From the NCBI RefSeq assembly GCF_018977255.1, contig NW_024704743.1, positions 47,308,001 through 47,372,000 on the forward strand: 64,000 nucleotides of DNA, in the 5' to 3' direction. A model generated the notes under the pieces. That model was not told the DNA's origin. It searched no databases and was given only the letters and a program-made list of their open reading frames with translations. Below are positions 11,996-24,600 of this stretch, one piece after another (positions within the stretch are counted from its first letter, which is position 1; each line of letters starts with the position of its first letter). The translations under genes and the position numbers were made by a program. The stretch is from Callorhinchus milii (lineage: Eukaryota).

Positions 11996-14804
11996 TATTT
12001 AATCATACAAAATGTGCTTTTGCAGTGATAATTATCACTGAATGTGGCACATCCCTCATCACATTTTCTCACCCCAGTATACCATGAAGCCTTGACACAA
12101 GGAGAATGGATATAATTCTCTTTCCTCCATTCATTTTATGATAATTTTCATTAAATGGTCTTTGTGGCCACTTAGGGAAGAATAACGATTGGAAGCAAAG
12201 TGCTGTTTATTAACATTCCCATTAAAGGATCATCCAAGATGTGACAAACCAGATTTAATATTACATTTCATAATTCATGAGGTCTGTTTCAAATTGAATA
12301 ATTCTGGTTCAGGTTTCACTTACTTATTAATCTTTTAATTCTTGTCTTGTTTCATTTCAGACTTGCTTACATAACCTTTCTGCAGGCTTTCACAGGCTTT
12401 CATCTTGGAGTTTATCTTAGGGTTTCTATTTCATTAGGGTATCAGGTTAACATTGTAACTGCCTGATTTTACATCCATTTGCAAATAAAGATTATTATTC
12501 ACTTATGAAAGAATGTTTATCTAAAGGAAAAGCAAAATGTTCCTTCATACAAAAGGTTCAAATTGACTAGGTTTATTTTTTTAAATGATCCCATTACTGT
12601 TACTGTGATACGTTTTTTAGAACAAGATAACTGGACAAATATTAAGAAATCAATTCAGTCTATTTAAACTTTTTGGGGGACATTTTTCTCCTGTTGGCTA
12701 ATGGCTATTAACTAAGAAATTGGCTGGGAAAATTGAGTTTTTAATCTGCCGAGATTTAATACAATGGTAGAGTAGGTTTAATGGACTGAACGGTCTCCTC
12801 CTGGACATATGATCCTAGATTGGCTCAATTAATAGAGATGAAAGCCACATCATTCGAGCTGCCCAGGTTTGTGTTTGCTTGCCATTCCTTCAATGTGCGC
12901 CTATTGCAAAATGATTGTATATTGGCCATTGAATCTTTAATATCCACCTGGATAAGCAGACAGACCTCAGTTTAACATCTGAAGGATGGCAGTTCCAACA
13001 AGGAAGCACACCCCCAGCAATGGACTATCAGCTTAGACTATGTGAATTTCAAGTCTCGATGTGGGGTTTGAAACCACAACCTTCTAACTCAGTGGTAAGA
13101 GTGCTACCAACTGAGCCAGGCGACTACAGTGACCTTCACCGCCACCTTAAAAGTGGTTTTGCCCACTTATATCATCAGATAAAAACATTTTCCACAGTTT
13201 TTCATAGTTCTTTTCAAACTGGCTTCCAAATTAAGATGAATTTAAAACCTTTTTACCCAAATTCTGTATGATCTTAAATTTCAAGACAATGGGTGTAAGT
13301 CCCATTATAACTGCATATCATCAAAGTAGCTACAGGCAATGCTGACTGGAATTTCAGACCTGAAATGCCTTTGTTTGGCTTTGTGGTATACTGCATATGA
13401 GTAAAATTCTGCCACCTTGTGCACATTGAGTGTTATTGCATGCAGATGTCAAACACATTTGGAGGCTAAATTATGCTGCAGCGGAATGCTTACTTCTTGT
13501 AAACTGTCTTCAGAAAATCATATAAAGAGTTAACTGACGGAAGTTCATCAGCCCAGAAGCAAAGAAAACTGTGGGAAAAAAATCTTCCAGATTGACACTG
13601 AATTTAAGGGTTCGGTAGTGGGGTGAATTAATGTTCTAGGGGGATTGTTTAATAATAATTCTTTCATTTGATATAGCGCCTGGATATACTATCAAGTGGA
13701 TTGACCGTGTATTTTGTGGGCAAAAAGCTGCAGCCAGTTGCACACAGCAATGTCCCACAAACAGCCATGAAGTGAGTGACAAACTTTATTTGGGGGATTG
13801 TTGGCCATGATATCGGGAGAGAGAAAATCCCTTCTCTTTTCAAATAGTGCCATAAGAATTTTAATATTCACCTGAACAGGCAAGTGAGGCATCGAAGGAC
13901 ACCATCTCCTCCAAAGGACTGGTTGGATCTTCTTTACCGATCAAAGGTATTCAAGCAACTAAGAAGGTAACGTGGAATCATCAACAGTTCACTGCGAGTT
14001 ATATTCCTCAAGAAAAGTTATCGCTGGGGCTGGCGTTATTATGTGGATTTCTTCACAATGCAACAGCACTGCATTCAGCAGAGCAAAACAGCACTGGGTT
14101 TGCAAATAAACAACTCCAAGTTACCAAATGTGAGTGGGGGTGAGGATCTCTTGAAAGGAAAACATTGCGGTCCAAAACATGTTTTTTGTAAAGGATTCAC
14201 AAATCCTGTCCGTAACCAGAAGTACCTCAAGATTATTAAAATATTATTTAAAATAAATGCTGATTAGTATATTGGTATGGAGACATCGGCACATCACTGC
14301 AAAATATTGCCCCCAAATTTTCCAATATTAAGGGGAAAAAATGGTATTTAGAATATTTCAAGTAAACTCAGTGCGAGATGACATAAGGAATTTTTAAGCA
14401 CAATATTTCTACTGTCTAAACTCCAGCATCAGTTAATAATGAGGTTTTTAAATGGGCCCATCTAAATGAATTATCGAGAGATTAGCATTCACAATGGGGA
14501 AAACTGTGCAATTAATCTCCTATGAATTAAGTGAATGGACTGTAGAACCACACTCTTAAATGATAATTACCACTATTATTACACGTATAATGGGACAGTC
14601 TTCCATCAGAATGAATTTAGTCATGTTATGACTTTCGAAAGCAATTGTAAAAGATTGTTTATAACTTTTAAATGGTACATACTTATTTTTTAGTATTTCA
14701 AGGTTACTGATTTCAGCTATAAAATTGTTAACTGAGCCCCATAAAATTACCGTGAGCAGACATTTCTCAAGTCTGAAGTTCAAATTCTTTCAGATCAGCA
14801 AGGC

Positions 14805-14950
14805 AGCAGAAGAAGAGGCATATGTTTAAAGTTGCAAAGGGCAACTTCAGGATAATTTTCTTTACACAGAGGATAATTAACGACTGGGACAGGTTACCTA
14901 GAAGAATGGTTGAGACAAGGACACTGGAATCATTTAAGATGGTCTGCAGC
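14805..14950 (+). mobile_element. CR1-type LINE ORF2 C-terminal relic
   Basis: FFTQRIINDWDRLP motif. Confidence 0.65.
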
Positions 14951-15508
14951 CTGTGGAGGGAAGAGTAAGATAATAATAATCCTTGCATTTCATACAGGGC
15001 CTTGTACACCGGGAGGACATCTTGAGGCATTTCACCGGATTTACTGTAATGTGTAGTGACCGTGCAATTTGGAGGCCAATCAGCATGCAGCAATGCCCAC
15101 TGTTTACAAACAATAATAACTTAGAAAACATGGAATGAGAAATGGCTGTTTGGTTGATCAACTCCATTCCTTCCACAGACCCTACAAAACACACTCTGTG
15201 TTGGACTCGACTCAACTCCACTCTCTGACAAGCGTGCACAGATCTTTTGTACAAGTTAACTATCTATGCAAAAGGAAATTTTGGGCCACAATCTCTTTTA
15301 GAAGCTCAGGCTCCTTCACCAGAAACATTATTTCACAAGGAGCTCTTATCTGTGACATCCAGCTCTCTGTGTGAGGTGAGAGCATCATTCCTGAATCAGC
15401 CTCCAAATAAAACACAAACATGGTTTGGGATATTAGCATGTTCTAATACATTTTCAAAAGTTTATGGAGGTTTATGCAGTTTATATTTGTCATATTTGTC
15501 ATATATTT

Positions 15509-16598
15509 GCTCCCTCTTGGTGAGATCATCCGCAGACATGGGGTCAACTTCCACATGCATGCAGATGACACCCGCTCTACCTCTCTTCCTCCACCCTCAA
15601 CTCCAGGACCCCTACTGTCCTGACAGAATGTCTGTCAGTCATTAACTCCTGGATGAGAGTTAACTTTCTTCAGTTGAACGTCAACAAGACCGAGGCTCTC
15701 CTGATTGGTTCCCATCAGAGCCTCCTCACCTCAGGCGCTGACAGCATCACCCTCCATGGTTGCACACTCCACCTTACTAAGCCAGTCCAGAACCTTGGGG
15801 TCTTGTTTGACTCTCAACTATCCTTTCTACCCCACATCTGTGCCACGACCCATTCTGCCTTCCCCCACCTCCGCAACGTCACCCGGCTCTGACACTGTCT
15901 CAGACCGCAGGCCGCCAAAACCCTCATACATCAAGGCTTATGACAACAACAACAACAACAACAAAATTACATTTGTATAGGGCTTTTCACGTTGAGAGGT
16001 CGTCAAAATCCTTCATTACATCAAAGCTCGACTATGCAAACTCACTGCTTGTCGGCCTCCCCAACTCCTCCCTCCACAGGCTTCAGATCATCCAGAACTC
16101 TGCAGCCCGTGTCCTCTCCCACACTAGGCTCTGCGACACTATCACCCCCATCCTTGCCCAATTCCACTGGCTTCCCATCACACAGAGGATACGGTTTAAG
16201 ATCCTGGTCCTCACCTTCAAAGCCCTCCACCGTCTTGTTCCCCCTACCTCTCCGACCTCCTAACCCCCACCATCCTGTTTGCTCCCTATGCTCAGTGGGC
16301 TCCGGGCTGCTTCACATCCCCCGCCTCGCTCATCCCACTATTGACGGACAGACCTTCTGTCACTCTGCCCCCCACTCTGAAACTCCACCCTGTAGTCCCT
16401 CCATCTCGCCTCCTCCCTTGCCACCTTCAAGACCCACCTCAAGACCCTCCTCTTTCACCGTGCTTTCAATCTCCCTGCTTTCCCCCTGCCCTCCACCCAC
16501 CCCAACCCTCAGCTCGGGTCCGTAACTCTGTCTGTCCAGCGCCTTGGGATGTCCTCCCGACATGAAAGGCGCTATACAAATGTAATCTTGTTGTTGTT
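15509..16598 (+). mobile_element. L2 LINE, degenerate RT C-terminus and 3' end; antisense tail fragment inside at ~15944-16007
   Basis: HADDT, WMRVNFLQLNVNKTE, SKLDYANSLL, QNSAARVL, HWLP motifs; (TTG)n tail. Confidence 0.9.
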
Positions 16599-17478
16599 TA
16601 CCCCCAATCCTCACATGGGGACTTGGAATCACAGTCTGGGCTGACCCTCCAGCATAGTGTTCGGGGAATGCTCAATTTCAGAATGGGATACAAGGATTTT
16701 TGAGTGATGTAATAGTAGATAACAGTCTACTATCCCATGCTTATGGAGAGGATAGCTATTGTTTCTTTGTGAACCTATACCCAGATGAACCCTCAATGCT
16801 GCCTGGCCCACACATATCATGGTGGTGGGTGGGGGGATTTGCATGTTAGGTTAACCGTGTGCAAAAACATATGTGCAGAATTACAGATTCCTTAATTACA
16901 TAATTAGGATTCTGGGATCACAATTAAGGGCATCTCTATTTGTTTGCACCGTTTAACTCAACATACATGTTCTGCATATTGGCTGTTAAAAACAGTTTGC
17001 ACTTATATAGCACCTTTGAAGTTGAAAGAACATCTTAATGTGGGTTACAAATACTGTGTGGGAGCTTGAGCTAGAAGGGAAATAGGAAGGTGGCAGGAAG
17101 GCGATAGGAAGGCAATAGAAGGGATAAAGGGGAGGTAGCTAGAGGTGCAATCAAAAAGATATGTCTTTAGACAGCTCTTGAAAGTAGTGAAGGAAGGTGA
17201 GATGAAAGAATTTTGGAAGAACCAGAAAAGAAACTTGCAGACTTTATGTGAAGCCTTTCTTCCTGAATACCACTAATGTGGGACCCAGGCCTTCATATCA
17301 ATAATTTATAACTGGCTTCAGACCTGCTCTTTGGAAGTGTAGTTCAGGAAATTTGAGCTGTGCTTTATCTAAGTTTAATCTGCTGCTGATGGCATTGTGC
17401 ATGTCTTTGATCATCAGTTTGACTGAATACAGGAAAAGTAGCCAGGAACCACGAGTGCAGACCATACAAAATACAGTA

Positions 17479-18970
17479 CAACAACAACAACAAGATTACA
17501 TTTGTATAGCACCTTTCATGTTTGGAGGAAGTCCCAAGGCGCTGGACAGTGTACAGCATTTCAGACCCGAGCTGGGGTCAGGGTGGGCAAGGGAGGGGAG
17601 GGGAAGGGGGGTGGCCGATGGCATGGTCGAAGAGGAGGGTTTTGAGGTGTGACTTGAAGGAGGGTAAAGAGGGAGCGAGGCGGAGTGATTGGGGGATGGA
17701 GTTCCAGAAGTTGGGGGCAGAGTGGCTGAAGGCTCTCCCGCCAATGGTGGGGCGGGTGGGTCGGGGGATGTGGAGCAGGCCAGAGCTGGCTGAGCGGAGG
17801 GAACAGGCGGGTTGGTAGGGGGTTAGGAGGTCACAGAGATAGGGTGGGTTGAGACCACTGAGGGCTTTGTAGGTGAGGACCAGAATTTTGAACTGGATCC
17901 TCTGAAGGATAGGGAGCTAATGGAGTCAGGCGAGAGTGGAGGAGATGGGGTACACCAACAACTTGCATTTATGGGGGAAAATTTACAGTACATCAACAAC
18001 TTCTTGCAGGGTAGCATCTCAGAGCACTGAACAATATAATGTCGAGCAACAACAACGACAAAATAACATTTGTAAAGCGCCTTTCATGTCGGCAGTACAT
18101 CCCAAGGCGCTGAACAGTCAGGGATCTGGACCCGAGAGTGAGGTGGGAAGGGAACAGGGTTGGGGTGAGGGAGGGCAGAGAGGTAGGAGGGCAGCTGAAG
18201 GCACGGTCGAAAAAGAGGGTCCTGAGTCGTGCCTTGAAGGAGGCAAGGGAGGGAGCAAGGTGAAGGAATGCAGTTCCAAAGGGTGGGGGCAGAGAAGCTG
18301 AAAGCCTGGTCGCCAATGGTAGGGTGGGTCGGGCGGGAGACATGGAGCAGGCCGGAGCCTGCTGAGCGGAGAGAGCAGACAGGTTGATAGTGGGTCAACA
18401 GGTCAGAGATGTAGGAGGGGGCAAGGCCATGGAGGGGTTTGAAAGTGAGGACGAGGATTTTGAATTCTATCCTCTGAGGGATGGGGAGCCATTGGAGCTG
18501 AGCAAGGGTGGGGGTGATGGGGTCACAGAGCCTGGTGCGGGAGAGGAGACGAGCTGCAGAGTTCTCGATGATCTGCAGCTTGTGGGGGGAAGAGATGGGG
18601 AGGCCGACAAGTAGGGAGTTTCTATAGTCGAGCCTTGAGGTGTCAAATGCATGTATGAGGGTTTCGTTGGCCTGAGGAATGAGGCAGTGGCAGAGTCAGG
18701 CAATGTTGGGGAGGTGGGGAAAGGCAGAGCGGGTCATGGCTTGGTATGGGGGAGAAAGGACAGTTGAAGGTCAAACAAGAAAGGAGACCAAAGGCATGGT
18801 TGAAGAGGAAAGTCTTTAGGTGTGATTTGAAGATGGGCAAAAGTGGGGGCAAGGCGGACGAGTTGAGGTAGGAGGTTCCATAGGTTTGGGGTATAGTAGC
18901 TGAAGATATGGCTATGGACGGTGGAGTTGAGTGGTCAGGGGAATGTGCAGAAGGCCAGAGCTGGCCAAGT
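17479..18970 (-). mobile_element. Cluster of L2 3' fragments (17479-17953, 17958-18030, 18046-18970)
   Basis: (CAA)n tails; IGDQAFSFSAPTLWN and FKSHLKTFLF motifs. Confidence 0.88.
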
Positions 18971-19779
18971 GAATAAATACATCCTGAATCAGTTGCATTC
19001 GTGAAAGGCTTAATCGGTTGGAAGAAATACTCTATGGGGAGTGGTGGGTGGGGAGGTGGGGGGTGAAGGAGAGAGAGGTGTAAATCAAGTGAATGTGATT
19101 ACATCTGAGGTGTGCCTGTTAAGCCTGATCAAGGTCAGTTGGTGCCTCCGATGAATTACTGTACAAGGAGAAATGCTGTTCAGATTAAATTAAATGATGA
19201 GCTCAGATTTTCCAATGAAATTGGTCACTTGGAAGCATGACGTAAATTATAAAGACTGACACTAGGTGCCAGTGTTGCTTGCCAAATGAGCACCTGGACA
19301 TGTCCTACTTTAATAGGAACAATTTACATTCAAACCATGTTATCGAACTCTTACTGCACCTTTCACCTATTGTGTAATTCACAGAATACATTGAAGCAGG
19401 AGAGGCTTTGGAAAATGTGACTGTGCGGTTTTGCCATTTCTTTGCAGTAGATCACAGTCAATGAAACTATGCAGGCAGCAACTTTCTAAAAGAAGGTGAA
19501 CATTAAGCGGAAAAATAGAACAAGATTGAAATTTGTATGTGGAACATCCCCAAAATCTGACAAATAGCTTGGACAAAATTATCCTTTTATAGTCTACAAA
19601 AGTGTTTTTTCCTGGGACATATGATGGCAGGATAGCGTTATATCTTCAAACTGGAAGTGACAATTAATGCAACAAATCAAGTTTGGGAATATTGCATTTC
19701 AGATCCCAATGTGCAATAATTTATAAAATCATAAAACTGTACATCAAATGGAACCATCTATTAGGAGTGGGAGACACAG

Positions 19780-19990
19780 AAGGAGATTTTCAATGCCAGG
19801 CAGTGTGGGAAGGTAATTAAAAGAACAAACTAAGAACAGGATCAACTATATAATCAGAAAAGTATAGAACCATAATCTCTGGAGATTATGCCAGGGCTCC
19901 ACAATATACTGGTCAGACCACACTTGGAATACTTTGTTCAGTTCTGGTCATCATATTGAAAAATACACATGAGCTTTGGAGAGGGGCCAA
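19780..19990 (+). mobile_element. CR1-type LINE relic
   Basis: LVRPHLEYFVQFWS motif. Confidence 0.7.
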
Positions 19991-20929
19991 AAAGCAGCAC
20001 AACTGATCTCAAGCTAAGAAGCTTAAACTCAATGGGGGTCTTGAACCCTAACCTTCTGACATGGTGACAAGAATACTGCCAACTGAGTAAAACATCAGGA
20101 CTCACTGTTTTAGAAAAAAATGAACTGAATAGGAAAAGAACAAAAGGTTGTTGCTGTTCAGCCAAATTCTTTATCACAGTTGGATGTTTTTATAAGGCAT
20201 CTTGGTATATTGTATGTTGAGCTCCTGATCAGTGTTTATTTACTGTAACTCTTATTTTAAAAGTTGTTTCTGTGTGTTCTGTTCCATACTGTATGGCAAA
20301 GGTCTAGTTTGCATGTTGTGTAAACCATGTATAAAGGGATGTGTTCAGAAGAAATTACAGGCTCTCTTAAATAAAATATTAACAACTAATAAAAAAAGTT
20401 GCAGACAGACCTGTTGTCTTTAAGATTTGTTAGACGAGAGAGATTTTATTAGGGTGTAAAGTAAAACAAGTGTTGTGCAAGTCTCTGTCTTCTTTGCATT
20501 ATCGGGAATCGAGGGTTAAGTGTATTGTGGGGTGTTCTGGGCTAGGTGTACATGATGGTTAAGTTAATATAGAGATAGTGTTTGTACTGATCCAGTGGAA
20601 AAGGGTGTGTATTTTGCAGTTGCTAAGTTAGATGGGTGATGTGATTTGTCATAATTCTGCATGTATTTTCAGAGCATGGTTTTGCTTTTTGTACAATTTT
20701 AATTGAATAAATCACATTTAAGTTAGACAAGACATACCTTTCACAAACTAATGTTGACTTTCGCTCATCTGTTTATATCCAAACACTCAATTATTCTGTT
20801 CCTGAAGATGGATATAATAAATGTTCCCATGACTGATGTTAATATCGGGCTGTAGTAACTTGGTTGCTCCTTCCTCCCTTGTTGAATAATGATGCAATAT
20901 TTGTTACTTGTATAAGGATGACCTGTATA

Positions 20930-21982
20930 AACATGCCGGGTGGTGTCCCATGGTGCTAAACAATGGCGGAACCTGATGCTGAGCTGTTGGGAGGGGAGAG
21001 GAAGGTGACCATAGTCACGGTCGAGGAGGAAGGTCTTCAGGCATAACCTGAAAATGGGAAAAGAGGGGGCGAGGCAAAGGGATTGAGGGAGGGAGTTCCA
21101 TAACTTTGGGGCGTAGTGGCTGAAGGCACGGCCGCCGATGGTGGAGCGGAGGATTCGGGGGACGCGGAGGAAGCCGGACCCAGTAAAGCAGAGGCAGCGG
21201 ATTCTGCTGTGGGGAGAGAGGATGTTAGAGAGATAGGGGGGTGCGAAGGCTTCGAGGGATTTAAACACTAGAGTGAGGATCTTGAAGTCAGTAGTGCTGT
21301 GAAGAGAGGGGAGGTTGGTGGGCGGGCCTTCTGCCACTCTGCCCCTACCCTCTGGAACTCCATCCCACAGTTTCTCCACCTTTGAGATACCCTCCCTTGC
21401 CTCCTTCAAGACCCATCTCAAGACACTGCTCTTCGACCGTGCTTTTGATCTCCCTGCATCCCCCCTGCCCTCCACCCTCCCCGAGCCCTGACCCCCAGCT
21501 CGGATCTGTAACTCTGTCTGTCCAGCGTCTTGGAACATCCTCTCATTGTGAAAGGCTCTATACAAATGTAATTTTGTTGTTGTTGCAGAGATAGGGGGGT
21601 GCGAAGGCTTGTAGGGATTTAAATACTAGAGTGAGGATCTTGAAGTTGATCCACTCTGTGACAGGGAGCCAGTGGAGTTTGGCAAGGAGTGGGGTAATCA
21701 GGGTATGGAGTTTAGTGCGGGTGAGGATGCTGTCGTCTGAGTTTTGAATGAATTGAATTTTGTGAAGGAGGGGAAACTGGCGAGGAGGGCATTAAAGTAG
21801 ACCAGCCGAGAGGTGACGAAGGCATGAACCAGGTTCTCGGCAGCTTGTGGAGTGAGGTATTGTCGGGGACGGGCAATGTGGTGGAGGTGGAGGAAAGTGG
21901 TGCTGGTCAGGGACTGGATGTGCGGGAGGAAGGATAACTGGTGATCAAACCTGACGCCTAAGTTGCGCACCGGTTCAGGGAG
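20930..21982 (-). mobile_element. L2 fragment containing an antisense L2 3' fragment (~21310-21585)
   Basis: RNLGVRFD, TSRLVYFNALL, GGRAFSHYAPKLWNSLP motifs. Confidence 0.88.
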
Positions 21983-24313
21983 TTTTCTAATCTGCCCAGT
22001 TATGATTTGTGCCTGATTTTAGTTTTGTAGCTGTACTATACTATACTATACAAAATAGAACAACAGGTGGAGAAGATTTTGATTTGCACTGTAGCCGATT
22101 TATATTTTGTGTGATGACCAATCATCCACATTTTCGCTTATCCACAGTGTGACCAATTAAATGACAGTAATAATCCTTGCATTTGAGATAGCGCTTTATC
22201 ACGTCGTCAAAGTATCTCAAAGCATTTTGCAGGATTTATTGTAAAATGTATCATTTGTAAGCAAACGCAGAAGCCAATTTACCCACAACAATGTCCCACA
22301 AACAGCCATGAAGTGAATGAGCAGTTTTTTGGGGGGAGGGGGAATTGTTGACCAGGACACTGGAAGAAACTCCCTTCCGATCCCAATTAGTGTGAATATC
22401 AAGCTGTATATTGTACCTAAATGACAAACTGGATTTTTCTTTCACTCCATGAAAATCCCTGCCTTCGCCAGGAGGTGGCGGCCCAATCCTGGTACCTGAG
22501 GTGAAGCTGTTCGTATAATAACCAATGGAATGCTTCACCTGGCAGCCACAAGACACATCTGACAAATTAGATGGGGGCTGAGCCTGACCCTGGCATCTGG
22601 GGAAAGTCTAGGGTTTGCCAATTAAAAGCAGTCACCGCACTTGATAGTAATTGCTTGTGAAGTGCTTTGAGATGTTTTGACAGGATAAGGCGCAGTAAAA
22701 ATTCAAGTTCTTTCTTTCTGAACAAAAGTCTGTGAGGACTCTCTCAGTTTCAGCTGAAAGCACCCGCTCATTCCCACAATGCTGGCAGCTGAACGGACCA
22801 CAGCTCACTGGGTGGAGCTGGATAAAAAACAAATGAAGAAAGAAACTCCATGGTAATGATACAAACCAGCACTTTGTTTATCACATGCAAAAAATGGCCA
22901 CAATAAAAGCCAACCAAAAAGATCTAGGAGGAGAGATTCCCCCAGGGGCATGACGAACTTTAAAATACTTTGATTCATTAAAGAGTTTTGCGTGGCACAG
23001 TGCCTTTGGGTTAGCAATGAGGTTTGCCACCTAGTGGTAGGATGTAGACTGGAGTTTGTCACAGACACATTGGCCATCAGAGAGAGCTGGAGAGGGCTGG
23101 AGAGAAAAGTGAGAACTGGAGAGAGAGTGGTCACTGCCTTTGTCTTAATCTTTCTCCCTTGCTCATCGATCAATCACACCACTGTATAGTGCTCCATGAT
23201 ACTATCCTGCGTGAAGGGCACCATATAAATGCAACTTGTTGTTGTCGTTCCACACAACTTGTTCAAGTCAGGTTCGGGCAGAGGAGGACTTGGTACATGA
23301 ATTTGCACCTTCTCGACCCCAGGAGCACTTCACAGCCACAGTAGAAACCCACGCATTGCCATTATCCACACTGACATTGTAGGTCAATAGGTGACTTTGT
23401 ATTTTCATTATCACTGACAGGATCAAAAGCAGCAAATAGTTACAGTTAAAAAAATAACTTTACTTTAGTGTAACAAATACACACTTAAGTCCTGCAGAGG
23501 AGGAAGGGAGGCATGATATGGGTGGGTCAGCATGCTAGAGGACCACAAGACTTATTGAATGTTTTATGGGACGTTTTAAGACATTACCGAATTACTTTGC
23601 ATTACATTATTTTGGTGACTCAGGCATACAATTAAATCTGCAAAACGACTCTTGTCCCTTTTAAATGTAAATCAGAAAATGATAACAGCATGAGGAATTG
23701 CTCCCAGTTTTCTATTGACAGCCTGTGACTGTTCCACATGGATTAATAGACTATAGTCTTAATTAGAGTGGGAAAAGGCAGCACCAGAGCCTGGGATCAT
23801 TAGAAGCTTCAAAAACACCTCCATTGAATATTCAAATGGCTGCCAACTGCCAGCGTTAAAAATATATTACACTCAGAAATTAATAAATTAAAAAGTCCCT
23901 GCATTTGATATAGCACTTTTCATGTCAAGAGAATGTTTCAAAGTGCTTTATAGGATACAATGTAAAGTGTAGTTTCCAGTTAATGTGTATTTTGTAGGCA
24001 AAATGCAGCAGCCAATTTGCACACAGCAGTGTTCCACAAACATATGAGTTCAAAGTCCCAATTTGGGGCTTTTTTTCTATCTTGGTACATCCTTAAGCAC
24101 ATAGGAGACACTGAAATTACACTAATTTATTTTTGAATTGATTTGCTTCGATTTGCAGCTCCCGCTATCTGAAGCAATAACAGGAGCTGCAAATAGAAGA
24201 AAATCATCAATAAGAACAACAAAACAACTTACTTTTATATAGCTCCCTTCTGGTAGGGAAATGTTTCCATTTCCCATCCTTGTGGCCTCTAAACATGATT
24301 GTTGATTCAGAGC

Positions 24314-24600
24314 CAATTCCTGGCAGGGAGAAAAGTTGGGCAAGTTTCCTTACTCCACAAGCCTCTGTTTAAGTAGCAGTAAATAGGAACCCTGTTGTTA
24401 GTTGATTGGTGGATCACTTTTCCGGGGGTAATAACCGCTACAAAAAGAATTGGTGACTCAATCCACGACTGTTTGTGGGACACTGCTGTCTCGCCCACAA
24501 AACAGTCAATTACTTTACAGTATATTCTGTGAAGTGCTTTGAGACGTCTCAAAGACGTGATAAGGCGCTATATCAAAAGCAAGGATTATTATTATTATAT
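24314..24600 (+). mobile_element. 5'-truncated tRNA-SINE
   Basis: Starts within the B box (caattcctggcaggg); intact body and tail. Confidence 0.8.

Noticed and set aside
20220..20730. UTR-like U/G-rich block ending in AATAAA (20706-20711)
   Set aside because: No associated exon and no clear GU-rich downstream element; the hexamer is common in AT-rich DNA.
20765..21565. 266-aa ORF, the longest in the window
   Set aside because: Chance read-through of an antisense L2 piece into a sense L2 fragment.
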